Assembly (NCBI RefSeq): GCF_009914755.1
Contig: NC_060928.1
DNA from: the human T2T-CHM13v2.0 reference genome, Homo sapiens
DNA length: 64,000 nucleotides
Reading direction: 5' to 3' (one strand)
This document shows, piece after piece, positions 27,491-40,834 of this stretch; the first letter of the stretch is position 1; the number at the start of each line of letters is the position of its first letter. The position numbers were made by a program, and so were the translations under genes. A model generated the notes under the pieces. It was not told where the DNA came from and ran no database searches. It saw only the letters and a list, made by a program, of their open reading frames with translations.

Positions 27491-27862
27491 GGTCTATTAA
27501 AATGCATTAAGTACCAATCCGAATGTCTTCATTCGCATGTAGAGTCACACACATATGTATGTGCCGTGGACTTGTTTTGATGCTGATTTGTTAACTGGTT
27601 CTCTGTCCATGACTGACAATGCTGTTTAGCACAGGGGTTGGTCTTTTGAGGGATTTGTAAAAGAAACAGGGAATGTGGTGCTCGGCTTTTAAAATATTAA
27701 AATGTAGTTGTAGAGTCAAAGCAGTTAAAATAAAATCACATCAAATGTACTGGGTAATTATTATATGGAGTACAGGGTACCAAATATTCATTAACTTATG
27801 ACCAAATCAGGATCCAAAAGGCTGGTTATTAGTTTATTTATTTAAAAGTCCTGGAATACTGA

Positions 27863-28191
<329 letters not shown>

Positions 28192-29764
28192 GTTTTGGAA
28201 TACTTTACAAGCAATCTTTATGAGCCGATTTATATAAAAGTAAGTTTTGTAGAAGAACTGTGACTATTTGAAATTTCTGATTTTTTTAACCCTCTAAAAC
28301 ATTTTCTAAATATTCCTTCTTTTTGATTTTTAGAAATCACCAGTAAGTTGCAGTGTGATCGTACTTTAGATATGCTATTATTTAATAAGGGACTTGACGG
28401 TCACATCTCAGGAGACCACTCCCAGAGAGCTGTGGTTGGTTGGCAAATTGCTTCACTTTTCATGAGAACCTTTCTGACTATGAAAGTTTGTAAATTGAAT
28501 GTTCAAAAGAAAGGAAATGTCTGAATTATACATTATGGGAGATACAAAGATGACAAAAATATTCAAAGCACAGTTGCTGTGTTTAAGAAATAAGAATTCA
28601 GTTAAGAGACAAGACGTAATAACATTTCTAAGATCCCCTTCTGATTATTCTGTGAATTTATACAAGGGTTAGATTACTTTCACCGATGTATAATGCTCAA
28701 AATCTATCCAGTGGTGAGCTGGCAAATGAATGGCATGGATCAGACTGGAAAAAAGTGTGTGAACAGATGTCAGGCAGGAGAGGGGGTTTGAGCTGAACCC
28801 TTAATGATGGATAAGCTTTAGAAAGGTGGATAGAGGTGAAGAAAGAGATGGGACATTCCATCTCAATGTCAAAACCAATGATCAAGGAAACCATAACAGG
28901 AACAAACTTGCACTTCTCTTCCACTTTCCATCTCTTTCGTACTTGCTGCCAATAAGCAGGTGCTAGTAAGACTGCTCAGATTCTAAAGTGCTCCTTGGGC
29001 CACACGGTTGTTATGGCATGGCTGAAGTCCTTAAATGTGGAAATGGCATCTACCCCTCTCCCCTGTGATTGCTCTTTATATAATAAGTAAATTTATTATA
29101 GGAAGAGCCTGTTATCCTAAATAATAAGGTTCCTTATTTTTCAATTTCCCTTAGAATATGGCAAGTATTTCAGGTCAGGGCCTGCTCTCCATTTTTACCA
29201 CTCATTCATTTTCTCTCTCTTTTTCTCTCTTCTCTGTACCCTCCTCTCTGTCTTGCATCTCTTCCTCCCTCCCTCCTCCTATGTATTTAACAAGTATAAT
29301 TGTCTCAACATTTCAATTTGTAGGAAGAAAGTTTAAGGTCCAGTTTAGCTCTCCAGACAAAAGCTTACTTGTTCCAATTCTGTCATGTAACAGAGCGAAA
29401 TGGAATAAGGATCTCATGCTGCCATTCACTTAGTGGTTCTTTTATTCTAAGCACCCTGCTCCTATATTTTGCACATATCTTTCTTGGAAACTGTATGGGG
29501 AGATAGGGACATTTGTCAGGGCAATGTGTAAGCATTCTTAATTACTTGGCTATTCAACGTTTACCCTAACATTAATAAAAAATGTTCTGGAAGAGGGTGC
29601 CTTCAGTTTATCTTTGCTATACCAGTAGGTAAAGAACTATTAGGTGGCTTGATTACAGAAATTTGGGATGATATTAAGATAGTTGTAATTTTCTTTAAAT
29701 TATGTCTCTGTTACACAGGATAATTCATTTGCTATGTGATGAAGATGAGATTTTTCTTAAAGCC

Positions 29765-30115
29765 TGATATGGTTTGGCTGTGTCCCCACCCAAATCTCAA
29801 CTTGAATTGTATCTCCCAGAATTCCCATGTGTTATGGGAGGGATCCAGGAAGAGGTAATTGAATCATGGGGGCCAGTCTTTCCCATGCTATTCTCGTGAT
29901 AGCGAGTAAGTCTCACAAGATCTGATAGGTTTATCAGTGGTTTCTGCTTTTGCTTCTTCATTTTCTCTTGCTGCCAACATGTAAGAAGGGCCTTTTGCCT
30001 CCCACCATGATTCTGAGGCCTCTCCAGCCGTGAGGAACTGTAAATCCAATTAAACCTCTTTTTCTTCCTAGTCTCGAGTATGTCTTTATTAGCATCATGA
30101 ATACGGATAGATACA
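29765..30115 (+). mobile_element. THE1A-like MaLR solo LTR
   Basis: Starts TGATATGGTTTGGCTGTGTCCCCACCCAAATCTCAACTTGAATTGTATCTCCCAGAATTCCC and ends ...ATACA. Perfect 5-bp TSD AAGCC (29760-29764 / 30116-30120). Confidence 0.92.
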
Positions 30116-30363
30116 AAGCCTCCGCCTCTGTTAAGTCACTTGGCTGGTGTGTGTGTATGTGTATATTTGCTTGCATGTACAAACCTCATGCCGGTCAACA
30201 TGGTAATGTCACTTTCATTTATCTGATATCTAACTATTGTATAGGTTAGCTCTGTACTCTCAGTTTTAAAGGAGTCCTCTTTTAGGCCAAATTCGTAGTT
30301 ACTTGCAAAGACATTTTATAACTTAAAGTTGCAAAGCAAATGTCAAGCAAGCAGCATCTAGAC

Positions 30364-30875
<512 letters not shown>

Positions 30876-31789
30876 AAGGATGCTGAAATCTATTGAGCCT
30901 ATACATCTAGAAGTATAGATGTAGCCAAGTATTGAGAAGTCCTGCACAATTGGTTAAAGAACAGACCTGACTCCATCTTTGGCCATGTGTGTGATGTGGC
31001 ATCTGTCTAGTTTCATTGGACAATTCCTTCAATAACTTTCTTTACTACATCCGTAGTAGCTTCTATTATATCTGTAGTGTAGCCATTTGCTTGAGAGTGA
31101 TGGGATGTGATTGTGACTGTTTTAATATAGTTTCCAAACATTAATTCTTTAAGCTCAGCAGATTTACAGGCAAGCCCATGTTCCAAAGTAGAATGTACAA
31201 CAATTTATGCATTACAAATAACTGGCAGAGTGCGCTACTTCTGCAGCAAATATTTAAGTAAATTAGAAGGAGTTGGAGAGATTTTGATAAGTCCTGGAAT
31301 AGTCCTGGTGAATTTATCTAAATTCTTGACCAACGTTTCATTTCCCAAGGAGTGTTTGCTTCATTTGACAGGAAAATGCCAGATATGTTTTAGTTTTCTG
31401 TTGTGTTTTCTGTCACCATTATCAGCATTGATTTGAAGCCATAGCTAAAAGCTAAGCCAACACTTTATGTAGTTTGGCCAAGATAATAAGATGTCTGCTT
31501 TCTGTAATGTTGATTCTTGAGCATATTGAAAATTGATTCACAGTGCTTTCTATCATCCAGCTTTATTTTTATTCATACTAAAATGCAGTGCTTTGGAAGG
31601 TAACTAGACGATGACCTGCAGTTTTCAGAAACCATGCTTTATCAAATAGTATAATGTGTATCAAGTACTCAACACAGAACCTGACACTTGGTAGAATTGA
31701 ATTAAATAGTTACAAATATGTTTTCTAAAAATTAATTAAGCTTACCCTACTTCCTCTGTAATACAAAGTGACAATTCAACGGGAAGTCT

Positions 31790-31840
31790 GGAGTTAAATA
31801 TGTATACTTCAAGTCAGGAGTTAAATATGTATACTTCAAG
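31790..31840. repeat. 27-bp-period duplication (GGAGTTAAATATGTATACTTCAAG x2)
   Basis: Exact 24-mer repeated with a TCA spacer. Confidence 0.9.
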
Positions 31841-31884
31841 AAAAACTTCAGCACTAACCTGACCACATAAAAAGTACAGAAAGT

Positions 31885-32194
31885 GGCCAGGCGCCGTGGC
31901 TCACGCCTGTAATCCCAGCACTTTGGGAGGCTGAGGCGGGCGGATCACGAGGTCAGGAGATTGAGACCATCCTGGCTAACACGGTGAAACCTTGTCTCTA
32001 CTAAAAATACAAAAAATTAGCCGGGTGAGGTGGCGGGCGCCTGTAGTCCCAGCTACTCGGGAGGCTGAGGCAGGAGAATGGTGTGAACCCCGGGGGCCGG
32101 AGCCTGCAGTGAGCCAAGATTGCACCACTGCACTCCAGCCTGGGCGACAGCGAGACTCCATCTCAAACAACAACAAACAAACAAACAAACAAAC
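31885..32194 (+). mobile_element. AluYe5-like
   Basis: GGGTGAGGTGGCGGGC, GAACCCCGGGGGCCGGAGCCTGCAG and GGCGACAGCGAGAC diagnostics; (AAAC)n tail; near-TSD AAAA(G/T)TAC(A/G)GAAAGT. Confidence 0.85.
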
Positions 32195-32505
32195 AAAATT
32201 ACGGAAAGTGAAGGAGGTTTCCTGGAAAGACTGATGCCTACCCAACAGCATCACCAGCCTCCTTCCTATCTTGTAGAGCCACCCTTCCAAAGCCTACAGA
32301 GGCTAAAAAGCCAGTTCCTTGCTTGCCTGGCCTCCCTTGCTGCCAGGGTATTGGCTTGGGTTCCAATCCTGACCAATAGGACCTAAGACCAAACCAGTTG
32401 AGGATGTTGTCAAAGACTTTCCGCCCTAATATATGAGAAAGACAAACAAGGAACACACCTTTCCCCATTTTCCCTGCTTTTTATATTTTTGCATGTGTGT
32501 GAGGG

Positions 32506-33464
32506 TGTATTAGGCTGTTCTCACATTGCAATAAAGAACTACCCAAGACTGGATAATTTATGAAGAAGTTTAATTGGCTCATGGTTCTGCAGGCTGTACA
32601 AGAAGCATGGCTGGGGAGACCTCAGGAAACATACAATTATGGCAGAAGGCGAGGCACAGCACGGTGGTAAGCAAAGCACATCTCTCATTCTGCCAGGAGA
32701 GAGAGTGAAGGGGCACTGCCACACACTTTTAAACCATCAGATCTCGTGAGAACTCGCTCACTATCACAAGAACAGCATAAGGGACTTCCGCCCTGTGATA
32801 GTTAATATTGAGTGTCAACTTGATTAGATTGAAGGATGCAAAGTATTGTTCCTGGATGTGTCTGTGAGGGTGTTGCTAGAGGAGATTCACATTTGAGTCA
32901 GTGGACTGGGAGAGGCAGATCCACCCTCAGTGTGGGTGGGCACCATCTAATCAGCTGCCAGCATGGCTGGAATAAAGCAGGCATTAGAACATGGAAGGAC
33001 TAGACTTGCTGAGTCTTCCGGCCTCCATCTTTCTCCTGTGCTGGATGCTTCCTGCCCTTGAAAATCAGACTCCCCAAGTTCTTCAGCTTTTGGACTCTTG
33101 GACTTACGTCAGTGGTTTGTCAGAGGCTCTCGGGCCTTTGGCCACAGACTGAAGGCTGCACTGTTGGCTTCTCGACTTTTGAGGTTTTGGGACTCAGACT
33201 GATCCACCACTGATTTTCTTGCTCCTCAACTTGCAGATGGCTTACTGTGGGACTTCACCTTGTGATCATATGAGTCAATTCTCCTTAATAAACTCCCTTT
33301 AATATATACATATATCCTATTATTTCTGTCCCTCTAGAGAATCCTGACTAATTAACATGCTCCCATGATCTAATCACCTCCCACCAGGCCCTTGCCCCAG
33401 TATTGGGGATTACAACGCAACTCAACATGAGATTGGGGTGGTGACACAGAGCCAAACCATATCA
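32506..33464 (-). mobile_element. MST MaLR LTR split by MLT2A
   Basis: TGTATTAGGCTGTTCTCACATTGC ... GAGCCAAACCATATCA; TSD GAGGG/GAGGA. Confidence 0.88.
32794..33357 (+). mobile_element. MLT2A1-like HERV-L solo LTR
   Basis: Starts TGTGATAGTTAATATTGAGTGTCAACTTGATTAGATTGAAGGATGCAAAGTATTG; AATAAA poly(A) signal; ends CCCTCTAGAGAATCCTGACTAAT. Confidence 0.92.
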
Positions 33465-33759
33465 GAGGATGTGATGCTTAGAGTTATGGCAGCAATCATT
33501 AGACCATGAGGATGAGGATCCAAGAGCATCACAGAAAAGCTGACACAGAGCCTTGGTATTACTGAACTGTTGAATGAACCCTATAGCCACCCAGACTCCT
33601 TTTTATGTGAGTAAGCAAACCTTTATCTCAAAGCCTCTTTGCTTTTTGTTAAGCTGTTTCTTGAAACCAAAAACATTCTATCAGATACATCTTTCTAAAA
33701 GTTACACTTTTTTTTTTAGAATATAAGCTCCATAAGGGCAGAGATCAAGTCTATGTCAC

Positions 33760-34190
33760 TCTAAATTACAGTGACTTCAACATGATGAAAATTTTTTTCA
33801 TTCTTACACACAGTCTGGGCTGCTATAATGGTTCTGTGCTCTTGTCATGTGAATAGATTCCTTTTATCACATTGCTCTGCCATCCATGGGGTGCTGTCCT
33901 CATCTATAAAGTACAAGATGGCTCCCCACAGTGTCTGCATCCCAGACAGCAGAAAAGAGGAGGGGGAAGCAGAGGAGGCACCTTCCTTTTAAAGGCACCA
34001 CCCAGAAGTTGAATGCATCACTTGGCTTAATATCTTATTGGTCACAACTTAGTTACCTGGCTATAAGAACAAGGATAGCTGGGAAATAAAGTCTTTACTC
34101 TGCAGCCATATGCCCAGCTAAAAGTTTCACTATTGTGCTTGAAAGAAAAAGCAGATATTGGGGAGCAAATAAGTTTCTGCCATAGCATCA
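33760..34190 (-). mobile_element. Old MLT1 (J/K-like) LTR
   Basis: CAAGATGGCT...CCCAGAAGTTG...TTATTGGTCACAACTTAGTTACCTGGC...GCTGGGAAATAAAGTCTTT motifs. Confidence 0.6.
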
Positions 34191-34384
34191 TTAATAAGTA
34201 TGAATAATATATATAAATAGACTTGAAAAGATTTTTAAAAATTTAGTACTTGTTTTATGCAGGTGTTTCACTATGCTCTTTTACAAAATTTTCTCAATCA
34301 GTCATCACAATAACCTTATGACAGAGAGAGCATTATAATTCCCACTTTGCAGATGTGGAATGAAGCCTAGAGTTCAAGCAAGTT

Positions 34385-34712
<328 letters not shown>

Positions 34713-34770
34713 TCATACATTGAGTAATTAGTGAAACTTGTATTTAAGTCAAAGTCAAAGTCTATCCTCC

Positions 34771-34813
34771 TTTTTTTTTTTTTAGATGGAGTCTTGCTCT
34801 GCCACCAGGCTGG
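34771..34813 (-). mobile_element. Very short Alu 3'-end fragment
   Basis: T13 then AGATGGAGTCTTGCTCTGCCACCAGGCTGG, after which Alu homology stops. Confidence 0.75.
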
Positions 34814-35099
34814 CTGGGTGGCTCACTAACACCTGCCCCCAGCACCCCAACTGCCTCACCCTGATTTTGTGGTCTGTGTTGTGTTTAACCCCATTTCAAA
34901 TTTTGCTTGTAAATTCCAAGGGCTCACATTTTTAACTACTTACTTCTCATTCCAGTTTTCTGCTTCCCTTGAGTTTTATTCTCTACCCTGTATCTTTATA
35001 GCACTAGCTCCAACGTGGTACACACCTTTATCTCTCCTTGATTATCCTCCCTACCCCCAGTGTCAGTTATTAAGTAATTGTTTCTCCACTCCAAATTGA

Positions 35100-35575
35100 C
35101 GCTTCTCTATTCCTTTCTGTGATGCAGGGCTAAAGCTGGACTCAGCCACCACCTTTGGCTTTGCCTGCTGCTCCCTAAGTTCTGCCAAGAGGAGGTGCTA
35201 GAGAGAGATAATGAGCCACACCGGAGGGGAGAAGGGATTCTCTTCTTCCTGTTTCTTTCCTCTTTGCTTATTCAACTTTCAGTTCATGTCAGTATCATTG
35301 AGGGGATGCTTCCTCACCCCAGCAGCTGAATGCATGTTGAAGTTTTTCCAAAACTTGCAAGAACACCCTCATTATGTACCCTCAGGGACACCAGTTCCAG
35401 CCAAGTAGCGCCCCCTCCTCAAAAGTCTGAGTTTCAGCTTCCCTGGATCTTTCACTGTTTTGATGCCAACTTTCCTCCTCAGTTTTCCCAGTCCTAGCGG
35501 CGGTAGCCCCTTGATGCAATTGCTAGTTCCACAATACTTTACAGTTATTAAGTTATACTAATTCTCCACACTCTC
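35100..35575 (+). mobile_element. LTR41-like ERVL LTR carrying a CTCF motif
   Basis: GACACCAGTTCCAGCCAAGTAGCGCCCCCTCCTCAAAAGTCTGAG resembles the recalled LTR41 internal repeat. Confidence 0.6.
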
Positions 35576-37378
35576 AATTCCTTTAGAAGGCATAAGTGGC
35601 TATGGTCAATTTTACACTTTTTTTTTGAACTCAATTATATGTTGGCTTGTTTTTGTTTTCCTGAATAGTTCTGTGTTTTCATTCCTAGGGAAATCAAGAA
35701 ACTGCCTAGGTAATGCTTGGGTGAGGGCAGGATCCCATTCTTCTTCTCTGTCTGCTTCACACAGAAGTGGGCACAGTCTGGAGGGCACAGTGGAAACTTT
35801 GTGAGCACTTGCATATTCATCATTGCCCAGAAGTTGCTTTGGTTCTAAGTTGATTGAGTTGATTCAATCATGCTTGGGCTCTGGTAAGCTCAGAAGCATT
35901 ACAGACCTGCAGACGCCTTTACTCTCAAATCTCTATCTGAGGAAGAAAAAGGACACGCATGGTGGTGCCCACTCAACAGAAGGGAAGACCAAGGCAGAAC
36001 AAGAAGTTGACTAAGCTTTCAAATTAGACTGCAGCAGAGACAAGAAACAGTCAGGTTCTTGGACTGCTTTTTCCTAAACCCCCTAGACATGGGAGGACAA
36101 AACTGACCTTTAAGGGAGGGATTATTTTTGCTCTCTGACCTCTCTCATTGGCAAGTACAAGCCTTCATTTTCCTGGCCTCCTATTCTGGCACTTTCCACA
36201 GGCATAAAATTCACTTCAGAGGAGGAACATAAAGGTGAGATCAAAGGCTCATATAATTTCACTTCTCAGGGGGAGAGAAAGCCTCAGCTAGCAGCCTGCT
36301 TTCCAGGAGTTATTCAAACCACCCTGCCTCTATTGTCCATAGTGAGTTAGAAGCAAGGAAGAGGACCTGGTGTTTCTTTCTGCAGTCACTAATGAAACCA
36401 GCGGTGGCTTAGGCAGCTAAGGTAAAAATACTACTTGGAGGCACTGAGAGATGAGAATGAGCCATAGGATTTCCACCAGAGGAATGGGGTGGCACACTGA
36501 AGTCCTTCAAGATTGCAGAAAACTGGAGCCCTACATTCACTTGGTTGAGAGTACTTGCTTGGCTGTTGCCAGCCAAACAGCCGTGTCTGAGCCTTTCACC
36601 AAGTGACGTTTTGTTGGTAGTATCTGGCACTGTGGATACTGTGGCTCAGTAATTGACTGATTTCATCTCCAAGCCTAGCATTTAAGTCAGGCTATTTTTA
36701 TTTTATTTTATGTTGTGACAATGGCAAATCCTGCCACAGAAGGGGTGAGCTGATATGATAAGTTGCTTTGAAGATTGAGTGATATTTAATATTTTGAGTG
36801 ACTGCATCTTGTCAAAGCAATTGGGCTCTTCAAGGACATGCTATCCATGTTTAAAATGGTATGTCTGGGGCTGCCACTGCATAATCGACTGTGAAATAAG
36901 CCCCTTGGAAAGGACAATTACTCCTCGGTCCTCAAATGCAAGTCAAGTCTCCCGTGGCAGTGAGAGGGAGGGTCCTGTTAGGTTTTAGTCAGGAATGAAA
37001 ATGACTGTGGCTTTTATTGCACAGCATCGGCTAGTGTGTGCAGTGTAACCTCACCACGGCATTACAGAGATGTAAGCACAGCCCAGGTGATCATCCAGCA
37101 ATAGATCATAGTAAGAGCGGCTGTTATGAACAATCCATGCATCCATCAATTCATCAGCCCATCCTGGCATTAATTAACTATTCAAAAAAAATTATTGAGA
37201 ACCTACTATGTGCCAGGTAAACACATAGGTACAAGGAACAAGGAGACACAAGGTATGCTCCTTAAACATATCCTTGAGTAGAAAATATGAAAGAGAGAAA
37301 GGAGAGAGAGAGAGAGAGAGAGAGAAGTAACATCTATTAACATCTATTAGAACCATACCATATGGCAGAAATTATATC

Positions 37379-37511
37379 TTTTTTAATTTTTTTTTTTTTT
37401 TAGAGACAGGGTCTTGCTATGTTGCACAGGCTGGTCTTGGGCTCAAGTGATCCACCTGCCTCAGCCTTCCAAGGTTCTGGGATTACAGGCATAAGCTACT
37501 GTGCCTGGACC
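37379..37511 (-). mobile_element. FLAM/AluJ monomer
   Basis: Poly(T), AGAGACAGGGTCTTGCTATGTTG...GGATTACAGGC; TSD-like CAGAAATTATAT on both sides. Confidence 0.85.
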
Positions 37512-37821
37512 CAGAAATTATATATCTTGTGAAGCTCTTCAACCACTTTATTAAGTGTCCATTTCACAGACAAGGAAACTGAGATGTAGAGCTGTTAAAT
37601 AACTAGCCCAAGGTCACACAGCTTATAAGGAACAGAACTGGGAACCAGCTCCGTTTGAATACATACATCCTTGCTGCCTTAGTGGTGCATTAGAGAGAAG
37701 CTTAGTAGCCATAAAGTGATTGAGACTTTGTTTTCTCACAGTCACAAATCTTGAAAGCCTTACTGCTAATGTGGCCATTGTTATTTCTGTTTTTAAATGG
37801 AGATTTTTTTTTCCCCTAAAC

Positions 37822-37917
37822 TAATACCCTTATTAATACCCTTATTAATACCCTTATTAATACCCTTATTAATACCCTTATTAATACCCTTATAAATACC
37901 CTTATTAATACCCTTAT
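37822..37917. repeat. Minisatellite (TAATACCCTTAT) x8
   Basis: Eight 12-bp units with a single substitution (unit 7 begins with A). Confidence 0.97.
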
Positions 37918-38060
37918 AGTTCTGAAAGCTGCTTGGGTGGTTTTAGTGTAAGGGACATACTGAAGTCACATCATATTAGATGCACAATTACAATGACAGT
38001 TCACAAATACCCAAACCTAAGGCACCATATTGAACAAACCCCATAGAAATGTAAACCATT

Positions 38061-38406
<346 letters not shown>

Positions 38407-38894
38407 CTAATTCAAGAAATCCCGTGGATGGCTCCAGGATTCAGCAAGGCACAGTGTAAGATGACAACTGTGGGCAGCCCTTCTGAGCCAAGAGATGCTT
38501 TTTCCTTATCAGTATTTCATTGTTCCCTACTGATAAATGCCCTTATCGGTCATAAAGCAGTTTTCTTAAAACACACACACACACTCTCCAAAGTAGGAAA
38601 AATATTAAAACAACATTTTTAGGAACTGATAAAATATCTGATTAATATTTATTGACAATATAAATTAAAAACTCTGTTATTTGTTTACATTGGTTTCTCT
38701 GTTTCAGACTCTGGTTAGTTCCTCGTGCATATGGCAGCCAGGCAAAAATTCCCAAACCATCATATTTATCATCTTCACTTTAATACTGTAATATAGTTTT
38801 GTGGATATTTTGGTTTGAATAATTTAAACCTCCACCTTCTTTCTAGTTGGAGACATTAAAGAGGTGAAAACCATCTTAAACTGCGTTTCTTCGA

Positions 38895-39330
38895 ATTCTT
38901 TCTAGATAGGGCTCTGGATTTGAATTAGCTTCCACCAGTGAGTGATTCTGTGCAATATCTGGGAGGTGCCAGTGAAGTGGAGGGCATCTTTCTGCCCTTC
39001 CTCTTGGACCAAGGGCATGGGTAGGTAGATGTTTCTGCAGCTGCATTCACTGTCCACTGTCAGCTTCCTGGGCATCTGGAGGCCGTTATTGTGGGACAAC
39101 CGATACAAGTGGGTTCTTGATCCTGGCACAGCCCCAGTTCTCTCCAATGCAGTAGCTCTCCTGGTGGCTCAATTCTATGCTGATCCAGCTGTTCCTGGAG
39201 GATCAGCCTGGAACCATCTCTTCCAGCAGCTCTTGAAATTCTCTAAGCTCCCAATTACCTATATTAAATATCTTCCCGACGGAAATACCTGGTGTTATTT
39301 CTCTTTCTAGATTAAACCCTAACTGACACT
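38895..39330 (+). mobile_element. Old ERVL-type LTR (LTR33-like)
   Basis: LTR-like 3' end ATTAAA...AAACCCTAACTGACAC and a GC-richer body; family uncertain. Confidence 0.4.
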
Positions 39331-40638
39331 GAGTTCTGGAAAGGAGGGTTGGGATCATTCTCTTGGGGCCACCATGTGGCACCAGCTAACTTTTTGAACT
39401 TAACATCAAAATTGCCATTTTCTAATTTTTTTCTGAATGACTCCCTACTTTCATGCTTTCATTTTCTCTGCTTAGTATGTCCTTCTATTCTTCTGCCAAG
39501 CCTCAGTTCAAATGTCACTCACCCAGAGAGTTTTTTCTCATAGATTTAAGGAAAAGTGAGCTATTTGTATCTTAGATACATATATTTTTGGGGGCTATGA
39601 TTACACGATGGTCCACAGATATGGAGATGAAAGACAGCTCCTGATTTTGGGGGGCTTTCAGTCTAGTGTGAGTGCTAGATGAGTAAATATATAAACTCAG
39701 AGACACAAAACTACATTAACATATTCATATATCTCCTAGAATGTAGCACAGTGTTGATGCTAATAAATGTGTGTTACTGTGGTTTTATATGACATATGTG
39801 AGTGAAATAGTATATAGTAAAATTCACATGGCAGTACTTGATGCCACGGAAGAAGCACTGTCAGTTCCACTTTATGGATTCAAAGTCCACATTTCATTTC
39901 ACCAGCTCTAGGATAATGATTTGCCCACTGCTTTGATCGCTGGAAGCCACTACGATTTCTTGTGGAAAGAGAATATTCTGATTATTTCCTTTCTACATAA
40001 AAATTCAACATTCTTTGAATTAATTTCTTTCAGATGACATCCCACAAAGCTCCATTTGAGTATTTTTTTAATGTACCTGATTAATCCCAGGATTAGAGTC
40101 CCTCCCCTAGCTAAGGAAGAAAAGTGTTAAGATGTTGGAATTATTACTTACTATCTCTGTTTTGTAAAATTGAGTATATATTAATGAAAGTTTTAAATTG
40201 AAGTTTTATTAAAACAAACAAAAAAGGAACCCAACAAAAGAAGATATTTTTAATTCTTCAATTTGTCCGCCCAGGAACATGGCTACCTGCCAGCCTGAGC
40301 CACTGTCAAACACACATACGATTCACAGTGACTTACAGCCTAATTTCTTTAGGGCTTCCACCTGTGCTCAATTAAGGACCTGCAGAACATGAAACCTGCT
40401 TTCTTTGAATCATTTTCTTTGTTTCTTGTTGGGCAACCTACTCTTTGCCGGGCAAATGAAATGCCCAGGCAGTATCCATTGTGTGTGCCAACAACTCTAC
40501 AACTGCCCTCACTGCTCCCAGTTGTACCAGCTTAATTTCCAGTTGTACCAGTTTAATGCTTTCTTTCCCGATAACAATGCCAACTTGCTCTGTGTTCTCT
40601 CTTTTCCATATTTCTTCCACCTTGAACCTCCCTGCCTG

Positions 40639-40657
40639 GGGCCACCAGATGGCTCCA
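40639..40657 (+). promoter_or_regulatory. Candidate CTCF site
   Basis: GGGCCACCAGATGGCTCCA matches the CCASYAGRKGGC core 12/12. Confidence 0.45.
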
Positions 40658-40834
40658 GCTTAATTTTTGGTTTTAACATAATGCTTAGCCCATCTCATCC
40701 CATCTCCTTATGATTCTATCCTTTGGATTCTTGATTTTGCCCTCTTGCCAAGACACCTCCTGAAACTTAAAACTGGTTATTGCTCTTCTGTTTACCAAGA
40801 CACCAGGGCAGTCTAGATCTGAATATTTATTTTT

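Larger units (their letters stand above)
32215..33690 (+). mobile_element. Old ERVL LTR (LTR16-like) hosting nested MST and MLT2A insertions
   Basis: CCTGGCCTCCCTTGCTGCCAGGG and CCAATAG left of the MST; GATGTGATGCTTAGAGTTATGGCAGCAATC...GACCATGAGG and the AGATACA end to its right. Confidence 0.55.

Noticed and set aside
37822-37917. Interstitial telomeric repeat
   Set aside because: The unit contains CCCTTA rather than CCCTAA, and the period is 12 bp with non-telomeric halves.
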